From positions 1 to 42,838 of the forward strand of contig JBHLLO010000021.1 in assembly GCA_048885535.1 (NCBI GenBank): a stretch of 42,838 nucleotides of DNA, written 5' to 3'. This stretch comes from Candidatus Hermodarchaeota archaeon (GTDB taxonomy: Archaea > Asgardarchaeota > Lokiarchaeia > Sigyniarchaeales > SOKP01). Both the position numbers and the translations under genes were made by a program. Shown piece by piece: positions 35,376 to 42,838 of the stretch; position 1 is the stretch's first letter; each line of letters opens with the position of its first letter. A model generated the notes under the pieces. The model searched no databases. It worked only from the letters and a program-made list of their open reading frames with translations, and had not been told where the DNA came from.

Positions 35376-36209
35376 TTACTTTTTCTTTTTCATTACAACA
35401 TAGATTATTCCGATTGATGTTATCCCTGTAATCCCCAAAAAGATTGAAAGCTCAAAACCAGGAATGCCCGGGATTTCTAATTCAATTGAGAATTTATAAA
35501 TTATATTAGATTCATCATCTAAAATTTGATATCCGATCCAGGCTCCATATGTTGAATCATAAGTCCATATTTCAGTACAATCTTCTAAGTAAGTAAAACC
35601 ATAGGAGAATGCTGTATCAAATGCATCAGCATTATGGACTACTGTGTTTCCTACATTCCCCCATTTGGGTTCCCAGACAAGAGCTCCTAAATATTGTGCT
35701 ACTGGTGTTGGAAGTTGAGCTAAGAAACCTCCTGCAGTATGCATTGATATATTTAAAGGGAGATTAGGAGGAAAAATAGTATAAAATGTATTAATAAACG
35801 TCGTAAGATTTGTAGGATCATAAAAGCTAATGACTATATCTCCAACCGAGTCAGGAGTAGTGCTGATGGTACCAGTAGTCCAATCCCAATTACTAGTATT
35901 ATAAGTAGTGACATCCCAGACGCCAAAAAAATTTAACGTGTCACTAAAGTTTACACCTGTAACCAAAGATTTCTTTCTTGCTCCTACAACAGCGGCTCCG
36001 GGACCAAAAATCTCAATAATATTGACCCAACCTGGACCAAATAAATCTTCTAAACTAGCATTATTTACTATATCAACTTTTAAGATCTTTATATTTCCTG
36101 GAGCTCCATGAAATGTATATGTACCAACTTGAGGAGTTACAGCGGGAAGAAATGACATGACTAAAGCTATAGAAATTATGGCTAGAATTGATAATTTTAT
36201 TTTTTTCAT
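35376..36209 (-). CDS. Secreted surface protein with Loki-CTERM/PGF-CTERM-like sorting tail
   Basis: Signal peptide MKKIKLSILAIISIALVMSFLP; C-terminus IPGIPGFE + TM + MKKKK. Confidence 0.85.
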   Translation of the reverse strand: MKKIKLSILAIISIALVMSFLPAVTPQVGTYTFHGAPGNIKILKVDIVNNASLEDLFGPGWVNIIEIFGPGAAVVGARKKSLVTGVNFSDTLNFFGVWDVTTYNTSNWDWTTGTISTTPDSVGDIVISFYDPTNLTTFINTFYTIFPPNLPLNISMHTAGGFLAQLPTPVAQYLGALVWEPKWGNVGNTVVHNADAFDTAFSYGFTYLEDCTEIWTYDSTYGAWIGYQILDDESNIIYKFSIELEIPGIPGFELSIFLGITGITSIGIIYVVMKKKK

Positions 36210-36395
36210 TTTTAACCCTTTATTTTTTTTTTTTTATTTAAGATTTCTGATTAATCTATAATCTATCAATTTTCTATATAAACCTTACTCCAATAAATTA
36301 GATATTAATTAGAGGCGTAGAATTAGATATAAATAATATTTAATGTTATTAGAATTATTCATAAATATTAATGAATTTTCGTGTGATTTGGAAGC

Positions 36396-37172
36396 ATGGA
36401 ATACTTTTCCCCAGAAAAAAATATTGAAATTGCCTATGATATAAGTGGTAAAGACGATGGTCCTAAAATGGTTTTAATCCATGGTCTTTTCTTAAATAGC
36501 GATTGTTGGAAATATCAATTACCTGAATTTGAGAAATATTTTAATATTATCAGATTCGATCTTCGTGGACATGGGAGATCTACAAAACCTAAAAAGCGAT
36601 TCACAATTCGCAATTACGTTGATGATATGTTTGCTTTATTAAGTAATATCGGTTGGAATCAAGATTTATATTTAGTTGGCCATTCCTTAGGCGGCATGAT
36701 AGCACTTGTTTATGGACTTGAAAACCCATCTCATGTTAAAAAGATGATTATAGCCGATAGTTTTTGTTTTATCAGCCAAGAAGCAATTACTGATGTACTA
36801 GGAAGGGTAAATAGTAGTAAGTTAGAAAAATTTGCTATTGGAATCAGTGTAAGAGGATTAATCCCTTATAATCAAGAGATTGCCGAATTTGTGGCCAAAC
36901 TAGTCACTGATCATATGACAAAAAAGGATTGTCTACAAGCAACCGCAGCATCTGCAGGATTTAATATCTGTGAAAATCTAAAAAATCTTCAAATTCCTGC
37001 TTTAGTTTTAGTAGGTAAAAAAGATATCACTACTCCTGTGTGGGCAAGTGAAATGATTCATGAATGGCTTCCGCAATCAGAATTAATAATAATGCCAGAT
37101 GCAGGTCATTTAACTATATTAGACCATCCTAATGAATTTAATGACCTAGTACTAAATTTTTGGAACAAATAA
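36396..37172 (+). CDS. Alpha/beta hydrolase (enol-lactonase-like)
   Basis: LIHG, DLRGHGRS, GHSLGG, G..D..TP, AGH. Confidence 0.92.
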   Translation: MEYFSPEKNIEIAYDISGKDDGPKMVLIHGLFLNSDCWKYQLPEFEKYFNIIRFDLRGHGRSTKPKKRFTIRNYVDDMFALLSNIGWNQDLYLVGHSLGGMIALVYGLENPSHVKKMIIADSFCFISQEAITDVLGRVNSSKLEKFAIGISVRGLIPYNQEIAEFVAKLVTDHMTKKDCLQATAASAGFNICENLKNLQIPALVLVGKKDITTPVWASEMIHEWLPQSELIIMPDAGHLTILDHPNEFNDLVLNFWNK

Positions 37173-37188
37173 GAAAAAAAATTTATAT

Positions 37189-38217
37189 TTATTTTGAAGA
37201 ACCCCATTTTATTACACCAGCATTCCATGCCCAACCAATTCCAGCAGCAGTGAGCACCACAATATCTCCATCTTTGATTTTTCCGCTTCTGATTCCATAC
37301 TCTAAAGAAATTATCCCATCATTTTGACCATTGTGCCCAATATCCTCAAAATAGGTAGCTTGTTTATAGGGATCAACCCCCACTGTTTTAGCAACATATT
37401 CAAATGCACTTCTTTTCATATGTAGAAGAGCTAAGTAATCAATATCTTCTCTGTTATAACCAGATTTGATCAAAGCATTATCAATCACCCTTATAAATGA
37501 GTCCATTGAAAATTTATCTAGACGTTGTTTTAAACCTTCTGGATCTGGAACATCTAAATAGGTTTGTTCATTCTCAATTGCGTCAACAGAAATAGGCTCT
37601 ACAGTTCCACCTGCAGGCACGTATACATCATCAGCAAATCTACCATCTGATATGGCAGTTATTCCTAAGATTTCATTCTTTTTTGAATCACCCTTTATCA
37701 CAGCAGCCGCACCGCTTGCCGCTAGACTTATCATAAAGCGAGATCTTTGGTTTTTATAATTAATCAAATCAGAATTTCTGTATCCACTAGCTACTAAAAC
37801 CGTATTTATTTCGGGATTTGTTTGTATTAAACTCTTAGCTAATAACATACCAACTAAAAATGTACCACATCTTTGATTTATATCGAAAGCCCACGGATGT
37901 GTTGGATTACCTAATAGCTGTTGCAATTTTATTCCATATGTCATCATTGGTCTTTCTGCATAGACTTCTCCAGCCCAAATAATTAGATCAAGTTCATTAG
38001 GTTTGATTTCTGCTCTTTCAAGTGCTTGAAAACTTGCTTTTGCCCCCATTGCAACCGTATGATCTTCTTCTCCAGGGACTGTTTTACTTTTCAAACCAAA
38101 TTTTTCCTCTATAATATCTCTTGGAATCCCAGTTTCTTTAGATATAAAATCACTTGAATGTCTTTCCTTAGGGAGATAAATACCCCATGATTCTAACCCC
38201 ACTGGTCGATAATTCAT
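37189..38217 (-). CDS. KAS III-like (3-oxoacyl-ACP synthase III family) condensing enzyme
   Basis: AFDINQRC, LLHMKRS, GHNGQND, AAGIG.AW. Confidence 0.88.
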   Translation of the reverse strand: MNYRPVGLESWGIYLPKERHSSDFISKETGIPRDIIEEKFGLKSKTVPGEEDHTVAMGAKASFQALERAEIKPNELDLIIWAGEVYAERPMMTYGIKLQQLLGNPTHPWAFDINQRCGTFLVGMLLAKSLIQTNPEINTVLVASGYRNSDLINYKNQRSRFMISLAASGAAAVIKGDSKKNEILGITAISDGRFADDVYVPAGGTVEPISVDAIENEQTYLDVPDPEGLKQRLDKFSMDSFIRVIDNALIKSGYNREDIDYLALLHMKRSAFEYVAKTVGVDPYKQATYFEDIGHNGQNDGIISLEYGIRSGKIKDGDIVVLTAAGIGWAWNAGVIKWGSSK

Positions 38218-38225
38218 ATTCTCAC

Positions 38226-39785
38226 CTACTCTAATTCACGCTTTAATATTTTTCCAGTAGCACTAGTTGGCAGTGATTCTCGTATCTCGAAATATTTAGG
38301 AATTTTATATTTTGCCAATCGTTCTGTCAAATAATTACGAATTTCTTCAATACTTATTTTATGATCTGATTTCAAGGTTAGAAATACTTTTCCAACTTCA
38401 CCCCATTTCTCATCAGGTACTCCAATAACCGCAGCAAGATCAATAGCAGGATGTTTAAATAATAGTTCCTCAATTTCAACAGGATATACATTTTCCCCTC
38501 CACTAATATACATTTCCTTCCTACGGCCAACAATATAATAAAAGCCTTCATCGTCTTGCATAGCCAAGTCTCCAGTATGTACCCATCCATTCGGTTCGAT
38601 AGTCTTTTTAGTTTCTTCAGGTTCTTCCCAGTATCCTGAAAAAATATGAGGTCCCTTAAGCATTAATTCTCCAACCTCTCCTTGCTTAACTATCTTGTCT
38701 GTTTTTGTATTAATTATTTTCATATCACAGTGAAATACAGGTAATCCCACTGATGTAGGTTTCTCCTTAATTTTAACTTCAGGGAGAAAAAAATTGTTAG
38801 GACCAACTTCTGTTAAACCATAACCCATTTTAAATAACTTGTTTTTCGCCCAATACTTTTCCATTATTGCAACAGGACATGGAGCTCCTCCTGATATGAA
38901 TATTCTTACAGAATTAAAATTAGTTTTTTCGTAAAGTGGTGAGTTCGCCATCATATGAAACATGGTTGGTACACCTATAACAATACTGCACTGCTCTTTA
39001 TCAATTACTTTAATTGTTTCTTCAGGATCGAAATCCCCCATTAATATTGTTTTTGCTCCAAGATGGTAAAACGGAACTAAGAGAACATTCCATCCTCCAG
39101 TATGAAAGAGAGGGAACAATAATGGTTGAATATCATCCGGTTTTAAACTCCATGAAAGAATAGTATTTACAGAGTTCCAGAAAATTAATCTATGAGAAAG
39201 CACAGCTCCCTTAGGTAGTCCAGTTGTACCTCCCGTAAATAAAATCAAGTGTGGATCTTCAAAATTTATAATAGGGCGGTCAATTTCCTTATTTGGGACT
39301 TTTTTTGTTAATGATTCAACAGTATTATCTTCTAATATTTCATTCCCTATAGCGATATATTTTTGAACTAAAGCCTTTTCTTTAATTTGGCTAACTAGCT
39401 TTTCAAATTTACATTCATAGAAAAAAATTGATGGTTTAATTTTTTTTAATAGACTCTCAAGTTCTTGTATTGATAATCTTATGTTAAATGGAACAAGTAT
39501 TGCACCTATTTTCCCTGTAGCCAAGAAAAGATCAATGGATTCTATTCTATTAGTAGAAAATGTTGCTACGCGATCTCCTTTTGAGATACCTTCATTCAAT
39601 AGTACTCTTGCCAATTTATTTGCTCTTACATTAAGATCCTTATAAGTGTATAGTCTTTTTTCAATATTATCAAATATAGCTTCCCGATTTGGGGTAAGAA
39701 TAGCACGTCTTTCTGCCCAATCACCAATCCAAGTGAATTCATCTGGAATAGAATAGTTTCCAAATTTAACCAATTTATAATTCAC
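38226..39785 (-). CDS. AMP-forming long-chain acyl-CoA ligase
   Basis: FTGGTTGLPKG, GYGLTE, TGD, GRRKEMYISGGEN, GKILK. GTG start overlaps the upstream stop (GTGA). Confidence 0.93.
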   Translation of the reverse strand: MNYKLVKFGNYSIPDEFTWIGDWAERRAILTPNREAIFDNIEKRLYTYKDLNVRANKLARVLLNEGISKGDRVATFSTNRIESIDLFLATGKIGAILVPFNIRLSIQELESLLKKIKPSIFFYECKFEKLVSQIKEKALVQKYIAIGNEILEDNTVESLTKKVPNKEIDRPIINFEDPHLILFTGGTTGLPKGAVLSHRLIFWNSVNTILSWSLKPDDIQPLLFPLFHTGGWNVLLVPFYHLGAKTILMGDFDPEETIKVIDKEQCSIVIGVPTMFHMMANSPLYEKTNFNSVRIFISGGAPCPVAIMEKYWAKNKLFKMGYGLTEVGPNNFFLPEVKIKEKPTSVGLPVFHCDMKIINTKTDKIVKQGEVGELMLKGPHIFSGYWEEPEETKKTIEPNGWVHTGDLAMQDDEGFYYIVGRRKEMYISGGENVYPVEIEELLFKHPAIDLAAVIGVPDEKWGEVGKVFLTLKSDHKISIEEIRNYLTERLAKYKIPKYFEIRESLPTSATGKILKRELE

Positions 39786-41014
39786 CCTACTGCTCTATAA
39801 ATGGGCCACTTTCTCCAGACATAGGCAAATAAGATTTCAATCCATAAAAACCATAAGATAAAAGGGGTTGGATTCATTTCCCAGTAGTTTGAGGTATCTC
39901 CAAATAAAATAGGGGATAATAAGTAATAAGCAAGAAAAGTGACTGTGCCAATAGTTATGACTAGTAAAAATCTAAGAAGAAAATTCTTCCATTGTGTATA
40001 CTTTTTTGGCCAATTGTCAAAGAATAAAGATACTAATACAACTGCACATATAAGAAAAATTGCATAAGTAATGCTCATCATGTACCAACCTTTAAACTGA
40101 GTTACCTCATCAACGGGTACTCCCCCTATCGCTTGAAAGAAAGGATCAAAAACATAAGCGACAATGTACGGGAAAAAAACAGAAATTAGAAGTCCTAATA
40201 ATACACAGGAAACAAATGCGATTATTCCTATAAAGGGTTGTTTTCTGCCTAACTTACTCCATGGCCAATATTCGAATACCATGAGGGTGAGAAGTGAGAA
40301 AAATATTATCCATTGTGTCCACCCAAGTGAGAACGCATAACTGGGAAAATGGAAAACGTCCACAACTACATCACTTTCAGCAGCAGCCGTTCTAACCCCT
40401 GTTGGAATGAATAATATTAACCAAATAAGCACAGTTATAACATTTCCAATTATCCAGACTATTAATCCGCGTTTGGGCTGTTTTATTTTAAAAAATGGCC
40501 AATACATTGTACCTGCTACCCATAAAACTGCAAAAGAAAAGCATGAACCACTTAATGCTCCAAATATGGATGCTCCTAAATACCAAGTTATATATGCGTC
40601 AATTTGTGGTGTAGCACCTTGAGTTTCACTTCCATAAAATATATTGAATGCAGGTAGCAAAAGAAGAGTAAATAGAATGATAATACCTACGTTAATTGCA
40701 GTACCTACTAATCCTACCTTCCAAGGAGTCCGAAACCAATTGTAATAAGGCCAATTCTCAAACCATATCGCCCATACTACTCCAATTAACCCAAAACCAC
40801 CAATAACAGTTGCCCAGGCAGTATATCCCATAGGTGCCCAGCTAGGAGTCGGGTGCAAGCGAGGGTCAAAAAAAATTAGCCATGTTATCCAGCTAATAAT
40901 GAATACAATCAGTATTGATAATATTCCTGCTAATGGTTGCTTAAATCGAGCCATAACAATCATGGGAGCTTCATCAGCAGAAGGAATTCCTACTTTTTCA
41001 CCAGCTAAAGCCAT
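39782..41014 (-). CDS. Polytopic membrane protein with five xxxWP repeats, putative transporter
   Basis: About 10 TM; FENWP, TMYWP, FEYWP, FDNWP, WRKWP; coupled to the ligase gene. Start 41014 or 41020. Confidence 0.75.
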   Translation of the reverse strand: MALAGEKVGIPSADEAPMIVMARFKQPLAGILSILIVFIISWITWLIFFDPRLHPTPSWAPMGYTAWATVIGGFGLIGVVWAIWFENWPYYNWFRTPWKVGLVGTAINVGIIILFTLLLLPAFNIFYGSETQGATPQIDAYITWYLGASIFGALSGSCFSFAVLWVAGTMYWPFFKIKQPKRGLIVWIIGNVITVLIWLILFIPTGVRTAAAESDVVVDVFHFPSYAFSLGWTQWIIFFSLLTLMVFEYWPWSKLGRKQPFIGIIAFVSCVLLGLLISVFFPYIVAYVFDPFFQAIGGVPVDEVTQFKGWYMMSITYAIFLICAVVLVSLFFDNWPKKYTQWKNFLLRFLLVITIGTVTFLAYYLLSPILFGDTSNYWEMNPTPFILWFLWIEILFAYVWRKWPIYRAVG

Positions 41015-41116
41015 AATCATTCACTTTTTTTTATATAAATTTTTGATTATATAAATCATATTATTGATGAGATTCAATTTAAAGTTTTAAATAAAATGGC
41101 TATATAACAAAAAAAA

Positions 41117-42448
41117 TTATAAAAATTCGTGTAGAGTTTTTTGAGTTTTAATAAAATTAATTATTTTGCTGCTATTTCTCCAGTATTTATAATCCACCAT
41201 AAATCCATCAGCCATTTTGTTAAGTGAATCATCAAAATTGTCGAGGATGAGGGGGTCACATGCTAACATAGCATTTCTTACTGTTTCTCTAATTACCCAT
41301 ACTCCTAAAGGAACGAGATAACCTCCTGAAACCTCCCTGAAAATAAGAACTCTTGCTTGACGCTTAATATTATAAAGGTATTCACATACAGAAAGTCGAG
41401 CAGCATAATACGCTCCTGTTATATTGCTAGCATAATTTTTTCTACCCTGATAAAATTCATAATCAGTCATTATCTGAGGTTTGCGATATTGATTATTTCC
41501 ATTAGGAGAGACATTCCACAATGTATTTGGTGCCCAACATTCGTTCATTTCATATAAAAACTTACCAGGAAAAAGTAATATCTTAAAGTGGTTATCTAGA
41601 TAAGTTGATTCAAAGATTTGGTAATCATCTATTTCCGGAAATTTCTTAATTTCCTCAATTAAAGCCTTTGAGATAATATCATCAACAGCCGTTATACTCC
41701 ATCGTGTTGGTACAAGTCTCCTATTACTCTTTTGACCAAGTAATCCAGCAGAGAAGACTCTCCTAATAGTCGACTCCGGTACATGTCCTTCAAAATATAA
41801 ATAATCAGATACGGCTTCTGAGGCTTTTAAATCAATATCTGATACGCAGTATTCAACTTTTGGATGTACCTTAACATTTTCTGTAATATTAATTTTTTCA
41901 GTCATGCCTGTTGGTCCAATAGGTGGAGCATGATTATCCATTAACATTCTAAAATTCATTTTTATTAACTTTGTTTCTGTATCCACTGGCCTTGCTGCCA
42001 TAGCTAATTCTTGTGAGGCATCTAATAATCTTTGTATTTTAATTGGAGGTGTATTTTTTCTAGTGGTTCGACCTATACGCACATTTGATTTGAAATTATT
42101 TCGTACTAAACTGCTTCGATATCTAATAACATCAATCATTTCTTTTCCAAACCATAATTCTGGGGCATCGAGTATAAAATTATCAGATATCCCTAGATTC
42201 AAATCAAATTCTTGATATGGAATTAATGGTCCAATGAATACATTGGGATAATTAAAATGCCCTACAAACACTCCTGGAGGACTTGCACCAAAGATCTCCA
42301 CATCCTTTATAGCACTATCTAGCTTAAAAGGCACCATTGATTTTAATACAGATTTTTTCAGAAGGATAGGACAAGATTTTTTACCGCATAATAATCTTGA
42401 GCCTTTACATCGAAGACAAATGTTCCCTTCAGTTGGAGGTCGAACCAA
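41117..42448 (-). CDS. nreA: Nre family archaeal DNA repair protein with PCNA-interaction motif
   Basis: CLRCKG..LLCGK..CP, G.SPP.VFVG, LVPTRWSITAVDD, GAYYAARL, PLGVWVIRE; C-terminal PIP-like QKTLHEFL. TTG start. Confidence 0.93.
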   Translation of the reverse strand: MVRPPTEGNICLRCKGSRLLCGKKSCPILLKKSVLKSMVPFKLDSAIKDVEIFGASPPGVFVGHFNYPNVFIGPLIPYQEFDLNLGISDNFILDAPELWFGKEMIDVIRYRSSLVRNNFKSNVRIGRTTRKNTPPIKIQRLLDASQELAMAARPVDTETKLIKMNFRMLMDNHAPPIGPTGMTEKINITENVKVHPKVEYCVSDIDLKASEAVSDYLYFEGHVPESTIRRVFSAGLLGQKSNRRLVPTRWSITAVDDIISKALIEEIKKFPEIDDYQIFESTYLDNHFKILLFPGKFLYEMNECWAPNTLWNVSPNGNNQYRKPQIMTDYEFYQGRKNYASNITGAYYAARLSVCEYLYNIKRQARVLIFREVSGGYLVPLGVWVIRETVRNAMLACDPLILDNFDDSLNKMADGFMVDYKYWRNSSKIINFIKTQKTLHEFL

Positions 42449-42719
42449 TCTTTTCTCGCTTAAAATATAGTAGAATATAATTAAAATAAACTTCTTACTT
42501 ATTAAAAAGCTAAAAGAGTTTAAATTTTTAATATTTATAAAAAAAATAATATAAATTTTGATTTCTTAGATCTTATTGAATTAAAGATAAAACAAAATGC
42601 AACTGATTACGAAATCCAATTTGCAATAGACCATTTTTATGGAAACTTTATTAAAAAAGTGTTGTCTTTCAAAGAAGGATAGAATAAATTTAAATTTTTA
42701 AAAGAGTAAACCAATAAAA

Positions 42720-42838
42720 ATGAAAGCAATTATTATATTTCATACGCGTTCAGGCAATACCAAAATTTTGGCAGAAAAAATTAAAAATAGGTTAGAAACG
42801 CTTCATATAATAGTTCAGATTTATCAAGATAAGAATTT
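42720..42838 (+). CDS. Flavodoxin-like protein (truncated at window edge)
   Basis: Read manually: MKAIIIFHTRSGNTKILAEKIK matches the flavodoxin phosphate loop (S/T-x-x-G-N-T). Confidence 0.8.
   Translation, partial: MKAIIIFHTRSGNTKILAEKIKNRLETLHIIVQIYQDKN

Noticed and set aside
955-41557. Short ORFs antisense to or inside long genes (e.g. 955-1143, 2444-2668, 4724-5011, 5390-5587, 5987-6244, 11311-11562, 12004-12279, 23000-23287, 27003-27281, 35088-35273, 38378-38590, 41357-41557)
   Set aside because: These are shadow ORFs overlapping well-supported genes and carry no recognisable motifs.
1-42838. CRISPR array, rRNA, IS element or prophage
   Set aside because: No regularly spaced repeats, rRNA-like segment, transposase or viral hallmark genes were seen.

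Overview
AT-rich (roughly 30% GC by eye) archaeal chromosomal segment, most likely from an Asgard archaeon (Lokiarchaeia/Promethearchaeota). The basis is a Loki-CTERM-type sorting tail, an Arf-like small GTPase, longin-like domains, a multi-PAS kinase, Nre, a PAC2 chaperone and DUF2070. It holds about 37 CDSs: housekeeping genes (gatC, dut, purE, rpiA, an RsmB/NOP2 methyltransferase, nreA, queT), fatty-acid/acyl-CoA enzymes and several membrane proteins with unusual cytoplasmic tails. It also holds one tRNA-Ala(GGC) with an extra ~28 nt in the D-loop. I saw no integrase, transposase, prophage or CRISPR array. The best leads are: (1) a membrane-anchored subtilase whose post-catalytic domains resemble eukaryotic Site-1 protease; (2) a small GTPase coupled to a longin/uDENN-like + winged-helix protein, close to a single-pass receptor-like protein with a cytoplasmic longin + winged-helix tail; (3) the non-canonical tRNA intron; (4) a structured 3' element in frame with the dodecin UGA; (5) an operon of a WP-repeat membrane protein, an acyl-CoA ligase and a Cys-His-His KAS III-like enzyme; (6) likely ATT/ATA and frequent TTG initiation. 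All family assignments come from motif recognition by eye; no searches were run.
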